63,759 nucleotides of DNA, filler included, from Choristocarpus tenellus KU-1152 (GCA_964200185.2; 10 parts of 10 records of this genome joined end to end with filler, not necessarily neighbours in it), one strand, 5' to 3'. Positions 1-15,406 are shown, numbered from the whole stretch's first letter. The notes: generated by a model not told the origin, from the letters alone. Translations and numbers: made by a program.

Positions 1-104
1 CCCCCAACCCACTGTGCTACTACCACATTTGGCATGGATTCCCATTCAAAAAGGGACCCTTAAAAAGTGCCGCAACATTTACAAAAAAAAAAATATCGAC
101 ACTT

Positions 105-3100
105 TTTCCAGGACAATTTTGGGTCAAACTCATCCTCCATAGTATGCTCCATCCTCAATTTTGGAAATACGCTGTTCCCTGTTGAATTAATGTGTCTGGT
201 ATATTCTGACACATCAACAGTTGTTAGTGCAACATCATCAAACCCCTTAATTGGACAAAAAAGAGATATTAGAACCTGCTTTACCGCTCATTTACTGTCC
301 TACCACTGGTAATTATGTCTATATTGTAGGAGGTGCATTCACCACAATAAACGTTCTCCCTTCTTTCTTTGCTGAACGCTTCCTTGCAATAGTTTATCCA
401 CCTTCCACTTTTACTTCACACTAAATTCTTCAAAATCTCAACCGCTAATAACGCATCATCTTGTCTTAATGATCGTAACTCCGCCACAGACGAGACCACG
501 AATTTTCTTGTTCTCTCAGAAGGTGAACGTTTGGTTGCTAGATTCGTAAATCTTTCGTCTTGACCAAGTGAAGTTGAAAATACTACACGAAATACATGAC
601 AATGCCTTCTAATAACAATTACCTAAATAATTTATGTGTGACAATTTTTTATTTATATTTTATACCTGAACTATATTTGGTAACAAACGTGTCCGTCAAT
701 AATCCTTCAAAAACCCTCTCCATCAAGGGTGGGGCTTAGATTTTGTTATCATCCTCACCGCCAGGAATTACGCGCACACACCTCCCCCCCCACCCAAACC
801 AAATATAGCACTTTCGGACGTTCCAGCCACTCTCCTCTTACGATGCTATTCTCTCATTCAACAGTAAAACAAGTAACATCATCACTGGTAGTCATGACCT
901 ACACACACACACACACACACACAATTGGATACCACTCCACTTAGATTTTCAGGCAAGCTGAAAAATTACCTAATCACAACACACTGCATGGGGGTAGGAA
1001 CTGGAGGGATAGAGAGACACAACTTCAAAATTTAGCCTTATTAACCTGCCGAAAAACGTATCAGTTCCACTAGTCACCTTGTCTCAGTCATCATTGCTGT
1101 GTAACAGAATATACACACACACGTACATCCTCAGCAAACAAGACAGAGGTCGCAATAAACACAGCCCCAAGACATGAGTGTGACACTAAAAAACCAAAAC
1201 CTATCCTATCCTCAACAGTTAACAGCATACTCTAAACCTGCCAAGAAAGTAATACAAATTCGAGATGGTACAAAAAGGAACAAGTCCTATACAAAAAACA
1301 GCAGTAGTGGTACATATGAACTAGGTTGATACTGCCTAGTGCAATAAGAAAAAAATCACAATGATTGAAAATATAACTGAAAATATATATTTTTCTCCTA
1401 GTAGTTCCTGCCCACTACAAATTCTACTTTACTTCAACTGAATAGTGACAATTTTTCCTATTTCTCTGAGGGTCGACAGATCAAGCCCAGGGACCCTTGA
1501 AAACTCAAACACTACACAAAGGAAAATGAGATTTATGAAACTATTAATAGTGCTACCCACAAGGGGTTAGGGTTTGCACTTTGCAACCTTGCCTCCTCAA
1601 TGACAAAGAAGAATGCACTGATGTTGACTAAGAAGAGTGGCTATCTGCCAAACAATCTGTACCTCAAACCCGGAAAAGGAAAACAAAAAGAGATGAATTG
1701 TCTTGCTCCAGCAACAAATTCAGTGCTCAATGTCCCAACCTTAATGGAATGAAGTCTTCTTGATGGTAGTGTGAATATCTCAACACAAATGAAAGTCATG
1801 ACTGGACCTGACGTCCATTTTGTTTCTCCACTAGGGCAGCCTCAGTCTCTGAACATATGTATGCAAATGTCATCAGCCAACCTCACAATTCACTTATTTT
1901 CTCCTTCCATTTGACAATCGCAAGACCTTTGAAAATGCTATCAGAAAAGGCCACTCACCACAGGGAGCAAAAAAGACCCTAAGAAGCAGACAAAAAATGC
2001 ATTTTTTCAAAACAAAAACGAACTAGGTTCAACCACAACATAGAAAACAATATAAAAGAACAATATAAGGAAAAACAAGCAACATAACAGGAAGCGCAAA
2101 AAATGCTCTCCACCAATACCAAAACAACAATAAACACACACACTGACAGTTTCACAAACGAAAAAGGTTTGCTACACAAAGATTTGATCATCACAGATCA
2201 CACACACAGTACTGCCACTTGCTCCAATGAGAGAGTATTTGCAATGAAAATCTGCCAGGACATACTCCATCTCAAGGAACTTCAGCACTTCAGTGAATGT
2301 GAACATATGAGGGAGAGTTACCTCCTATGTATGAGAGGTGTCAGGTAGAAGACCACTTTCAACTGCAAGGAGAGTACCATCACGTAGTGTGCATCTATCA
2401 CCAATACAGCAAACGTACACCTCCCCCATCTACAAACTCTTGTACTGCCTGATACATGTGAGAAAACCAAGACAAAAAATAGCCTCTATATAGTATGGCA
2501 ACAGAAAGTGTAAGTACTAGTAAGAGGCACAATCCCTAAGACAAGAAATGATTTCAAGCTATCACTCTCCCCCTCCCCCAGTAGGTTGGTTGGATGAGTT
2601 GATTCCATTCACAGCAAAGATAAAAAATGTATCATCCCCTCTGGACCTTGGGGGTACACAATGCCTCCACCTCATGGATGTGAAACGATTTTTGTGTGTG
2701 TCAATGCTAATCCACTCAAATGCGACCCTCAGAGAGCAATCGCACTTCAGAATTTCCCAAGCTGCTGTCCAGCCCCACCTTGCCTGGTGTTTCACTCTTT
2801 GTACTGACAAAGGAGTACGAAGAGTGAGTGTGTGGGGCCTGCGTTAGCCATTACCAGTTTGGTGTAAACTTCGGAAGTTGACTATAGACTATTACCACAT
2901 ACCAAAAGTGGTGATCTAGAGTGCATGCCTTCAAATACCCTGCATGAGATAGTGCAATATACCAACTATATACATAAAAAATAACTAAATGCCACAGGAA
3001 ACCAAAGACTACCATAGTAACCAGCATATTAATTAGGGTTTTGTTTTAGTTATGGTGTGGTCCAACTAAGGAAAAACTAGTGATAGTGTACACAGAATTT

Positions 3101-6100
3101 GGGGTACCATTTAGGGTTAGTGTTACATCGATAGCATCATGTCCCTCTGCTGACTACCAATCTCCAAGTCTGCGATACACACAAAATGTTAAGGTTTGTC
3201 AGTGGTCCAACGGACTATATGCTTCCTTAAAAAAGGTTGCTAGCAACCACAGGACTTGACAAGACAAGACTTTCCTCTCTCCGATGTCTCAATCAAATAT
3301 ACAGGCACCTTAAACTCAACACCTAACCTGATGGCTCAAGTCCAAATTATCCGCAATACTATGAGAATCAAGAGGCACTGGTTAAAAATGGTTTAACTTG
3401 CTGCCAGATGCAATGTTGCTATTAATGAATATGAACTGGACTGTGCTCACTCCAAAGTATGGCGTGATAACCTTTCTAAATCAAACAAGAGACCCCTAGA
3501 AAGAACCAAACAGTAATTTGATAATGGACACAACTCTTGAGATTAGCTACACCCAAACGGTACAGTAATACAATAAAACACTACTCTAGGCGAGAACTCC
3601 GTACTAACACTACAAAAGCAGGGCATGAGTAGTGATCCCAGGTACACGCTGATAGCAATGCCACATAGACATCTGATACTTCATCTCACTTCACTCTGAG
3701 GTAAGGGGTAAAGCTTGAAGGTGGCAACTAATTATTTCCAGTACAGGCTTACATGAACAATAGAACAGTTTTCTGTTTGAATGTGGCAGACAATACATTC
3801 GTTCCTTGCCACATTTGGGTAGAAAAATTCAGTGTCAATATGTCACCATTCTGGTGTTGAGAGATACGGGAAGAGAGAGAGAGAGCTACCTTGTACCACC
3901 TTGTTTCACTTTAAGACTGCCTCTCGATCATGTTCAGTAGACAGTGGGGTGGCTGTGCTAAAACATTGGCGTCCCACTTCTGTACATGGCTCGCATTATG
4001 TCTTTGAAAATCAGGAACACATTTAGAATAAGAAGCCTGGTGCTCTTGTCTTGTCTTCTACCCATCGAAGTGTAGGAAAAGAAAAGAGTGTTGTATTGTA
4101 AACCAACTCAATAACATTTCCCCAATGGACCAATCACATAGGTGCAAAAAAACAACATCACAACACAAGACCAGTAGAAATTGACACCAAGAGTGGGGAT
4201 GAAAAAAAAGCCGAGACCCATGTGCCACAAAGTCCCTAAACTCTCCAATCCTCTAGTGCCGTGATCCAAACGATCATAACACATCAAGTGTAACAGCTGG
4301 TACTACACAAAATAACTGCCAGCAACATCCCAACTAAATAGACAAGCACAACCCATGCAATACCAAGTCACTAAAAAAATATAAAAAAGTCTTGTCTATC
4401 GCCACTAGTTGACACACCTTAGCACACCCTGTTCCTTCTCACTCTCTGCTTCATCCTCTGGAAATCCTGAAGGGCTTGCCAGTCGACCTGCAAGTCCCAG
4501 TAGTTCAAACATCTTTGTTGGCGGACTCCTTCCTGCCTCAACACCCCTCTCTGCACCCAACCCCTCCTCCATCTCCAGTCTTGCCCTTGCCTGAGAGGTG
4601 ATACCTCTTACTCCTGCTTGGCCAGTCGAAACTGTAGAGGTTGGAGTCAATGACCTTCCTTCACCTGTGGCAGATATGCCCCAGAGAGGGGACCTGTGCT
4701 GAGTTGGAGAGGTTGGGGCTGATGCCGGTGTGGGAACATCACCTTGTGAGCCTTTGAGTTGCTGTGTACCTGTAGACCATCCGCTCTTTGCCTGCTCACC
4801 CACAAATGAGAAACCATTGCAGCCAGAGCACACCATTGGTTGCATCAAGAGAGGCAATGAAGGAGATGTAGATGATGCTTACAAAACTACTGACAATGGT
4901 TCATTGTGTATCAGAGTAGTATCAACATGGTATGAGCTTTGTTGTGTTAATCGCATAAAAAAATTAAACATAAAATGTTCATTTTCCCATGTATTTCAAA
5001 ACCCCATTCTAGCAACGTCAATGCTCTCTTGCATAAAGAATGTAGATAAACATGTTACACACAGAACCCACCTCAGTGAACTCCTTCAACTGAGAACCTT
5101 GTGCTGATACACCTACAGTTGCACTTCCATCGCCTTGTGAAACCAATTTTTCCTTGCCTCCTAAACCTGAGAGGGTTCAAACAGAACACATTCAGGAGCC
5201 AAGACTTGGGCTTGAGAGATTCACCCCCAGGCAACAGCTCTAAGGTATCAATGAACTATAGAGATGCACAAAGCAAATGACAGGCCTCCATCGCATCTGC
5301 CATCAATAGTACATATCAATAACGGTTTCACAAAAACAACAGGGGTTTGTTTGGTACAGGTCATGTGGGTTTACCAGTGATGGAAAATGTTACTCACTAG
5401 ATTCCTAGCATACAAACTCAACACACATCACAGTCACTGTGACACCTTATCATCAAGGGACCATAGGGAGTAAAATTAATATTAAAAAAAGCGAAACGTC
5501 CACAAGAAAAAACTCTGGAAGATTGCAGAGGGAGGGGGTGGGGGGTAGTCTAAGTTAAAGTCAACGGTCTATTACTGAGCAGGTCATGTGATATCTGGGT
5601 CCTTGCTCACATGAATGCAAGCTCTAGCCTTCCAAAGTTTCAAAAAATACAAACATAGAATCACATTTACATTTTAAGGTCCATTTGGACTGTCCCACAA
5701 CCTTTGTTCAGAATTCTTCATGCCTCTCGTTTCACTATGAACACCTGATAACATCCGATAATATCTGATCAGATACAAAGCATTCCTAGCATGTGATAAC
5801 TCTGGATTTCAATCCCCATTCCAAAAAAGAGCTATTTGAGGGCGTGGAGTGAAGGGGAAGACGGGTCCGTCCATGCATCAAATAGTTGAAACCAAAGACA
5901 TGAACACACATGCACCTCCTTGCTGGTGCAACAAATCTCTTCAACAGGGAAAGAGAGATAGAGCTGCTACAAAGGCTTCAATTCAAGTGAGTGATGCACT
6001 CTTAGACAAATTTTGATTTCACCGTGGCTATGAACAGAGGTGACTATGAACACCACACCATACAAGGCAGCAACTGGTCTCCCTACTGCAGCTTTTTCTC

Positions 6101-6905
6101 ATTTTAACTCACTAGAGTGACACTGTATCAAAGTTCAGACATGCAGTATGTGATCCAAACATGTTAATACTCTGAGATGTGTACAGCTTGGCAACCAATT
6201 TCTTGCTGTGGCTGACAAGGGGGATGATACTACTGCTGTCTAATAACAATAAAACACTGTACTACAAAAAACAGTACCCTAACCCTAGAATCCACAGTCA
6301 ACTATGTTATGTATCTTCTACACTACTCAAAATGGTATTTAACAAAAAAATAGAAAAAAAGTAAAAAAACAATGGACCCCTCACCTCCCACCCTCGATGG
6401 CCTACTGGAAGCCCCACTACCACCACCCACCCCTCCATTTAGTGCCTCGGTTGTGTCACCATCAGCTTCCCCCTCCACCTTCCGTCCCAAGTCTCTCTGC
6501 ATTGACGACTGGCCCCCTCTCATCCCCTGCACAAACCTTCCTGCCCACGACGACGGTGACAATGCCCCAAAGATCATCACCCTTGCAGAGGAACGCGGAG
6601 GAGTACATTCCTTGTCTGTCCCACTCACAGTGGATTTGGGAGCTGCACTCTGTACACCCTGGGTATGTTGTAAGGGGGATGTTGCTGACCCGGGAGGCAA
6701 ACCAGGAGAGTCGAGGGGAGCATAGCCAGTGTCAGGCTTCAGACTCCTATAGCGGTTAGCCTTTGTTACCAGAGGGCTGTTGGCTAAGGCCTGACCTGTC
6801 CCCTTTCCTCCCTCCACTCCCCTATGCCCCAGGTCCTTACCCTTCCCCTGCCCTTTGTTCCCACTACCACCCCAGCCCATGCGAAGCCCAAAACGCCCAA
6901 TGCCG

Positions 6906-6941
<36 letters not shown>

Positions 6942-9900
6942 ACCGGCGCCCGGCAGAAAAACACCCCCCCCCCCCCCCCCCCTTTCCCACGCAGCAAACT
7001 GGGTGATAGAGTAGACTCAGAACTCATCCTGCCGAAGCTCTCAACCGAACATATTCCATCCTCAGAGGGTGAGACGTGACGTGCAAGCTTTGATGATTCA
7101 TCACCCTTCCGACTCCTGAGCACCTCTCTCCCCTTTTTAGACAACATAGTTCCAGTTACTCCAACACCTTTTCCTGCAGTTGCCCCTCCCCCTTCCACTT
7201 TAGAATCTTTAGATCTGAACTCCATTGCCACCTTGTAGCCGTTGTGACTTCTTAGCCTTTTGGGCTGGGGTGACATGATCACTGTGGGGCACTGCGAGTG
7301 AGAAACACAGTGGTTCTTCCCACCAGGGAGATGTTGGAGTTCCCCAGCTGCAGCAGGCGTCTTCTGCTTTTCAAATGCCTGGTTAAGAATAGTATGGTGA
7401 CCATTTGTTCCCAGTTCATTGAAGGAGCTATGAAATTTATTTGGACCAACATAGACAAATCTCAGTACTGGGTTGTGATCTCTGAATATTTCATTAAAAA
7501 AAGAGCACAAGTTGCCTCTGTAATGATGCATGTAGCTAAGAGATGGGTGAGAGCATGTAGGAAAAGGCACATTCATTTTAAGCTCTCCTATATATTACAA
7601 CCTTCCGCCACTAAGCAACGCCTGCAAGGTGTAAAAGGCTGTAATTTGAACCAAAAAAAAAATTCCCGCCTTTCCAAACAAAAATCGTGATGCAGATTGC
7701 TATCACCTTGCTCCTTGCCCTCACAATACCCTTCCTCTGCAGCTTGCCAATGCTAGACCTTGAGTATGTTCTGGTCACTTCTACTTGTGCAGTCTCCTCT
7801 TGGGCATGGGGGGCACTTGCGCTCTGGTACATTTGAGACTTGGACCTATTCCAAAAACAGTTCGAAAAACACATTGCAGTAGACATGTACAATAAAGTTG
7901 ATAAAAAAATGAAGTTGATGAGGAGGGAGGGCACGCAGAAGCAGAGAGTTTACATTGATTAGATGACTTGGAAGGCATTAATACTTGTTGAGAAGTATGA
8001 ATCTCGCCTACTGTACATATTTGAACTAAGATAGTCCACGGGGTAATCTTGATTGGACACCATATTTTGCACCTAGAGAACAAAAATGAGTTATTTATGG
8101 ATTTTAATCACCCCCAAAATACGTCACAACTCTACTATGTGAAAATATTCAGTACAGGTAATGGCCTGTTAAAACTTTCTTGAAAATTTCCTCCTGACTA
8201 TGAAACTGGACCAAAATACCAAGCACCAAGCCACGGCCTAAAATATTTCAAAATTTCAAAACACCAGTCAGTGCACACAGGGGTGTCCATGTGAGGCAAG
8301 GGTGAAAAGCAGTCTTGGTCGTTGAGGTGAGTAGAAGAGCTGCAAAGTACCAATACCATCAATAGTATGCATGATATCAATAGTTCAAGACACTCTATTT
8401 AGACAATAAAATAAAAAAATGACTGGAAGGAAATGGGTAAAAGTGATACACATAAAACAAAACTTGAGGAGGAAGAGAAGATGCAAAGACAAGATACAAA
8501 GAATCAAATATGGGAATATTCAATTGTCAGGAAGGCATGACAGTGGGAATTCCTCTTGATGGTATTAAAGGTATACCTTAAACCACCAACAAATCCCTAT
8601 GCATCATAATTACCATTCTTCTGATGTGTGATTTTGATGACAGCACTTGCAGATTTTCCCCATTTCCAAGATCCACCGACCCAGCCCTAACTAAAACCCA
8701 AGATTCAACACGCTGGACTAATGAAGTTAATAAAAAGATGGCAGTGTAACAAGGGATCAAGGTAGGGTTAGGAGAGTGAAAATTTTGCCTGGACACACCA
8801 AACAAACATCCTCTTAAGGGGAACTAAACTTGACGATCAAGGCATTGCTGCCTCAAATGTCGATAAATAGCATTGATGTGCAGTTGAGGGGGGGGAAATC
8901 TTGTCAGCCCACCACACATAGCCGTCTTCTATCCTCCTAAAGCTTTCACTGTCCCTTCGCACATCTCTCCCTGATCTTGTCCTCCCCCTACCCCCATTCC
9001 AACCCCCAACCCATGAACCATCCGCCTGTAGCCCACTCCAGCATGCTTGTCTTCTCATAGACCCTCTATTCACTGATGCGTCTGCTGGTTGACTTTCACC
9101 TCCCCCACTACCCACAACAGACACCTCACGCCTCCCCAAATCTAGATCTGGGACAAGGGCACTGCAATCCAGGGGTGGCGAGCCACCAGAGCGCCGACGC
9201 ACGTTCTCTCCTCGACTGTTGGACTTCTCAGGGCTGCGGGAGTGGAAAGAAGGCAAATGAGCTCTGACAAATGTAGGCGGACTTGTAACGATACCCTCCA
9301 CTCCAGTGACAACCCCTGGCACCATGACTGGTGGTTCTACAGCCACAGCAGGAGAGGCATGTTCTGAGACAGCCTCTGGGCTGGAACACATGCTGACAGG
9401 AGGTGCCTGGGCTACTGGAGGGTCAACAACTGTGTCAGTCTTGGCATCAGGGAACATAGTAAAACGAGGTGCCTGGCTTACAGGAGGGGCAGGTTCTAAG
9501 GTATACTTTGGCGCAAGGGCCATGGCCACAGGAGGGTCACAGGTCAAGGCAGGATCTGGACCAGGGGATAAGGCTGGCGAAGCGACTTCTTCCCCATGTG
9601 CTAGAATACCACCTTTTGTGCCCTGCACTGTCTTTTTGCAGGATTCATGTTCCCTGGGTAATACAGACTGGTCACCACTTTCAGACAATTGTTCAGCCCC
9701 TTCCTTCCATCTCCATCCCCCCCTACTGCCCCTGATGCTCCCTCGGCCGCCAATACTCCCAAAGAACCGCCCATCACTACCCAACTCGTCTCCGGAGGAC
9801 ATCCGTCGCCTTGTAGAGGACGCCAGAGCAGACCGGAAAAACAAACTGGGGCGACGCTCACTACCATTACCTTGGTCCCCTGTCGAGGCATCGGAGTCAT

Positions 9901-11756
9901 TCCCAACACTAAAGCAACCTATACCTGAAAGGCGAAAGTCCTCTCCAAAAAAGCTATTCTCCATGTTTTCTTCATCCTCCTCCAGTCCCAGGCCACCACT
10001 ATTATTTTCTATCCCTTGCTGAAGATCATCCACTTCATGGTCATCATTAATAACCCCCCCTCCCTCTCCTCCTATGTGCCTGACTTCATCTTGTGTGAGC
10101 TCATCCCCTCTTCCCCCATCATCTATGACTACAGTCTCCCTCAACCCTCCCTCCCCAGGTTCCCTCCCATCACACTCAAATTCCTCCTCTCCACACACAG
10201 TCATCTCATGTTTCTTGATCCCCAGAGTCAGTTCAGGTCCCTTTGTACTATCAAGACCAGAACAGTCAGTCTCTGCATCAACCAACCCATCTACAACAGC
10301 AGTCTCCCCTCCCACCATAGCCTCGTCCCGCAGAAGATCATCGACACCTTCCTCATCCCTACTTCCTTGAACTCCAAACAGGCTTGGTGAGACTCTACCT
10401 GTCTGTAACCTGAAAGTTATAGTCTCAAAATCTCTCACCCCTCTCATCTCTGACAGATGTACAGAAAGAGTTGTGTCCACCCCATCCTCCCCCCTCCCTT
10501 CACTGGCCCCACTCACAGAGGTGGTAGCAGCAGGAGAAAGATGAGATGATACCTTCTGAGTCATAGGCATTGTGGCCAACGTATTGCGCCTCAAGGGTGG
10601 TGAGACTACTGACAGTGGCATTGCAATGGGCACTGGTGATTGCACCTTACCATTGGCATCCAGAGGAGATCGTTGCCATGGTGGCGTCAGTCTCACATTT
10701 GATGAACTGCTTCCAGAACTGCTCCGATGACCAACCTCCTCGTTTTCTGCTCCAGCACCTCCCATGGTCCCATCCCTGGACTGTACTTCCTGGTCCTTCC
10801 CGCCTTCATCCACATCTCTGCTCGCAATATTTTCATTTCCACCTTCACTCTCCTTGCCTAAGCCACAACCCACACGAGAAAAGCTCCATCCACCCCCCCT
10901 CCTGCGCCTACTATAGCTTCCCTCAAATGGAGTAGAGTAGTTGCTGCTACCCCCACCACTCCCACCATCGCCGCCAGCAAGAGAAAACAGTCGTGGCTTC
11001 AGTGGTGGGGTCATCCGAGGGGAGTATCCCACCCCAGCCCCAGCAACACTCTGCTCACTTACAAGGAGGTAGGGGGCAGCTCTTAAGGAGATAGTAGTGG
11101 GTGTAGCCAATCTGGCGAGGTGGGTGTCCCAGCCTGGGTTAGGATACAAAACCAAGAATTACAACAGAGTTGGGGTCAGGGCTGGGATTGGAGAGTTCAA
11201 GGACAAATCTCGCATGAACAGGATGCACAGGGCCTGGCGATATGGTAAGAGAGTGAGGGAGAATGCAGAAGTGTGCATCATGCAAGTTTTAGTTTCCTCA
11301 AAATACTCCCTTGTAGAGCACTTGAAGAATCACAATCAGGGTGTGGTGTCATTCGATGGTTTTAAAATTAGAACATAGTTCCATGAATCTTGAGACATTA
11401 CTCTTCTCTCATCAAGGGGTGAACAGAAATCTATTACCATATCCCAGCAGTAAACTTTTCTTTCCTTTTCGGTACATTTAAGTTTGATGGGGGGGGGGGG
11501 AGGAGTCATCATGACATAGCTCTTCAAAAAGCATACCAAACATTCAGTAGTTGATGGTAGACTGAGAAATTGGAGTACCGCATCAAAGATCCCCTGCATT
11601 TGATTCCTCCCACCCCCACCCCTCATGGTAAATTTACCAACAAAGCAGTCCAAGAATCCGGCAGTTTCAGCTGTGGCCTCCATCTCCTCCAAACACAGCT
11701 TTACCCCAGTCAGCTCCATGCGCTTCACAAATGCCTCTGCAACAGTTACAGCCAGG
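105..11756 (-). CDS. Multi-exon protein-coding gene of unknown function (large, G/S/E-rich, low-complexity protein); partial model
   Basis: GT-AG exons read by eye: 11756-11638 (LAVTVAEAFVKRMELTGVKLCLEEMEATAETAGFLDCFV), 11133-~8900 (the 772-aa ORF), 7845-7707, 7378-6385, 5166-5072, 4791-4418, ~3957-3910 and ~2838-2780. Phases match at most of these junctions; the donor of the large exon is unresolved. Probable further exons lie near 1807-1740, 574-444 and 247-105. No domain recognised, and the 3' exons are uncertain. Confidence 0.7.
6385..7378 (-). CDS. Internal exon of the same gene (AFEKQKTPAAAGE...SRVG)
   Basis: Acceptor cttaaccag|GCA at 7378 (phase 0, matches exon 7845-7707). Donor GGAG|gtgagg at 6385 (phase 1, matches exon 5166-5072). 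Contains a poly-G/C stretch of doubtful sequence quality. Confidence 0.75.
8837..11133 (-). CDS. Very large internal exon (~2.2 kb), G/S/E/R-rich, probably disordered
   Basis: Stop-free 772-aa ORF. Acceptor cctaacccag|GCTGGGAC at 11133 is in phase with upstream exon 11756-11638. Exact donor (~8915) not determined. Confidence 0.8.
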
Positions 11757-13382
11757 CTGGTTACAGATGGCCATCATGACCCATACAACAACACCCAACC
11801 ATGGAGGGCAAGGCATAATGAGGAAAGCAATTTGGGCATGATATATTTTTTTCATTTAAACAGGATACCTCAAAATATTGAGTCACATTACGAAAAGACG
11901 CCACCATGAATGATGAGATAGTTTAGAAGTAGACCCATTTCTTCAAAGTTCTTCAATTGTGGTGTGTGAGCATAAAACAGGTACCCCACAGTACATTGAA
12001 GATAAGGTACAATCAATTGAAAGATGTGACTCCAAGCACGCATATTGACGGAACACACAAAACAACCCCAACAAATACAATTTAAGTATCACAAATCATA
12101 AAAAAAACAAAAGAACTGCAGTGGGATTCCAGGAAAACATTCACTACCAGCACAAACAAATAATAAAAAAGGTTTTCCACCAGAAAAATAAATAAATTTC
12201 AACACCACACGTATGTGCACGCCCATTATCAAAAAGTTTGAAGATCTCAAAGAATTTATTACTGCACATCACAGTGATGCAGAGCTCTAATCTATCTGCT
12301 GCTAAGCAAAGCAGAGTAGCGAGTGTGTCATTGCATGTGATTACTAATGTCACTCCCAGAATTTCGATGTCCACACCTCACTACTTAGGGAACTAGCCTA
12401 AAATATGATAATGGCTATGTGGTATATTAGAGGTTGGATGGATTATGTATCCAAGTGTGTGGACAAGGATATCATTATCGTCCACTCTCCATATCTATGA
12501 AATGTAAATTATTAGACTGTGAAGTACTTTGGGCACACCTAAATAATATTTTTCTGTAATAAAAGATGTCATGGAAGGAACAAGAAGAAACATGCAAATA
12601 ACGAATAAAACAAACACAGCCACGACAGAGTCTGAACTACATACAGGAAAGTCCTTTATATAGACCAACCAAAGTGATGTATTTGAAAACAAGAAACCTA
12701 CAATAGGTCTATATAGTAAGGCAAGTATACCTAAAACTGCACCTAAACTATGAAATTATCTTGAAACAATGGAAGAGACCCAACCCCCTTCCTTTTCTTC
12801 TAAAACATCAATGTATTTTTCTCTCAACTTGTGTGCAGTCACTGTCCAATCAGAAGGAACAAAAAAATTCTATAGACATTGCAAGTTAGAATAATTGATA
12901 TAAAAAGGAGTTTCCAAATAAAAATGGGGGACCTATGTCCCGCCAAAGGCCCTCCAATCCGATCTAGTAAATTTGAAAGTAAATATTTGTTCTGATTTTC
13001 ACATTCAATAGTTTGTGATGTATTCGAAGCAGAAAAATAATTTCAAACGTGCCAAAAAAGAACATGTTCTAAATTAAACCTCATCCATGAATTTTTAAGA
13101 TTAGAATCTAATCATTTTGGGTATCTTTGACTGTGTAGATTGTCACTATATACTATTAATAAATATTGTAATATGTAATAAATATGTGTTACGTAGTGAG
13201 AAATATCAACCATGAATATAAGTACAACTTACTACACTACAAGTATATATTCTACATCTTCCATATTATTACTGCAACAGATATCTAGATCCTTAGGTCG
13301 TATCTCAATATTCTCCAGTACTACCACTATATATACATGTCGGTATTTCTTTTGATACCCAATTTACAATTTGAACTACTCT

Positions 13383-13560
13383 CTTCGACCACCATATACA
13401 AATATGGTAGGACTTAGGACACCCCCTTCGCAAGCCCTAGGTGTCCTTCAACCATGCTGCACACACGTCAATGCTAAGAATCAGGGCACCCCTTCCTCAA
13501 GTCCTTGGTGTCCTTCGACCACATCGAACAAACGTCGACGCTAGGACTCAGGGTACCCCT
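13383..13560. repeat. ~65-bp tandem repeat (~3 copies), truncated by the contig end
   Basis: ttcRaccaY recurs at ~13384, 13447 and 13514, and caccccttc...ggtgtcc recurs. Confidence 0.7.
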
Positions 13561-13660
13561 NNNNNNNNNNNNNNNNNNNNNNNNNNNNNNNNNNNNNNNN
13601 NNNNTTAATTAATTAANNNNNNNNNNNNNNNNNNNNNNNNNNNNNNNNNNNNNNNNNNNN
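13561..13660. other. Artificial contig-joining spacer N44-TTAATTAATTAA-N44 (also 17086-17185, 20295-20394, 23979-24078, 29082-29181, 33780-33879, 50920-51019, 53916-54015, 61075-61174)
   Basis: Nine identical 100-bp spacers; TTAATTAATTAA gives stop codons in all six frames. Confidence 0.98.
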
Positions 13661-13678
13661 AAAAAAAAAAAAAAAAAA

Positions 13679-13709
<31 letters not shown>

Positions 13710-14601
13710 AAATAGTTCCTACTCTCCATATACGCATTTCATGCAAATATGGGGTAGATCGCCAACTGAAACATTTTCCTAGAATGTTACTTCAACATCG
13801 TAATATTCCAGTGTCCCGATCCGTCACGTAATGTACCGTTGTACTGCACACGGTGTCTCGCTATGTACGTAATAACTACTTCGTGTACACTATCAGCAGC
13901 ATTTAATGTGCACAGTACCACTTTGAACCGTCTCCTTGTGCGGACACAGAGAGGGTCGAAAGGTTCGCCCTGGACCGAATTGAAGGTGAGATGTGTGGTT
14001 CTTCCAATAGGTTGGACCGTGAGGAGGACCTCTAGTACCAAGTACTTCGTTTAGGAGGAGGGACTATCCGGGTTGTAAGGTGCAGCACTGGAGATGTGTT
14101 GCCTATTTTATTGACACATAGGTTTGGTATGTCTGTGTCAATCCGATACTGTGGCGTATTTCTGCCCAGAGGTATTATGATGGTAGTAGTGTTTTATTGG
14201 GCCTGCTGGCGCTTAAGGAGGGGGTGGGGGGGGGACAAGATCTCTTTGTTGCTGTTCGGAATTGTATTGATAGGGGTCATTGTTTTTGTACATCAGCTGC
14301 AATTGTAACTACAATATATATATATATGTGTGTCCCAAAACACAACAGATGAGTAACCTAAGTTTCAACAGGGTCCAGACCTTCCTATACATACTCCTCA
14401 AGTATAACTCATCTTACGTAAAAACAATTCTGAGGAATCCAACGCAAAGATCCATTTTTTAAATCGGAGGTCATCCCGAAGTATAATGGTAGCAATAGTA
14501 GCAATTATTATAAAATTATGATCGTAGCAACAGTAATAACAACAGTAGCACCAGCTTCAAAATATCGGTTTTGTGTGTCGAACTTTGTACACCTTGTGCA
14601 G

Positions 14602-15349
14602 GCGTGTTACATTTCTTGCGGATGCGTTGGAGAGGGTGGAGAAGGGACTCGAATATGAGAAGCAGAGGGCTCAAGCGGCAGAGGATGGTGCCCAGAGAGC
14701 AAGGTATGGCCATGGTCTCTCCACCCCTGACTCACGACAAGTCAAGCATGTTCATCGCATTCCATTTTTTCTTCCTTTTCATGCAGGTTCAGAGGCGGAG
14801 GGGGGGTGGGGTGGCACATTTTATCTTTTAATATTTTATAGTGTGTGTGCTCCGGAGCGTTTTGAATGTCTCCTTATCATATTCGCATACATTTTTTTTG
14901 TTATTATTGCTGTTTGTATTTTTTTGTCTGAAGTTGGGCTTCGTGGTAGATTTTGTTACTATTTTTTTTATTTGTTTATTTTTGACTCTGGCTCGAAGTA
15001 TCTGGGGGGGGGGGGGGGGGGGCGGGGGGAACATTGGGGGTGACTTTTTTTCTTAGCGTGTTTTTGTTNNNNNNNNNNTGGTGTTTGGGGTGGGGGTGGG
15101 GGTTTGTGGTTGGCGGCTGTCCATTTGGGGTCAATTTTTTCGTATCGCGATTTTTGTTTGATTTGGTTGCATACGTTGGATGGATAATGTAAATGCACTT
15201 TTCCTGACTTTGGATCAAATGGACACACCCTGGTATAGACCCCCTCCTCCCCTCCCCAGATACTTTGGGTCTCTCATTTCATTTCTATAAAAGTTTTTTT
15301 TTTTTCATTATTGATAAAAAAAAAGTAAGCTCATCGAAAACCAGGAATC

Positions 15350-15406
<57 letters not shown>

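Noticed and set aside
330-575. Apparent in-frame TGA readthrough (possible selenocysteine or recoding) on the minus strand
   Set aside because: A plausible donor (GCG|gttgag, ~444) precedes the stop, so ordinary splicing explains it.
6855-7079. Polyproline ORFs suggesting a formin FH1 or extensin
   Set aside because: They arise from a poly-C run on the non-coding strand of a minus-strand exon. The run looks like low-quality homopolymer sequence and no FH2 domain is present.
9076-10935. Numerous plus-strand ORFs
   Set aside because: Antisense shadows of the large GC-rich minus-strand exon.
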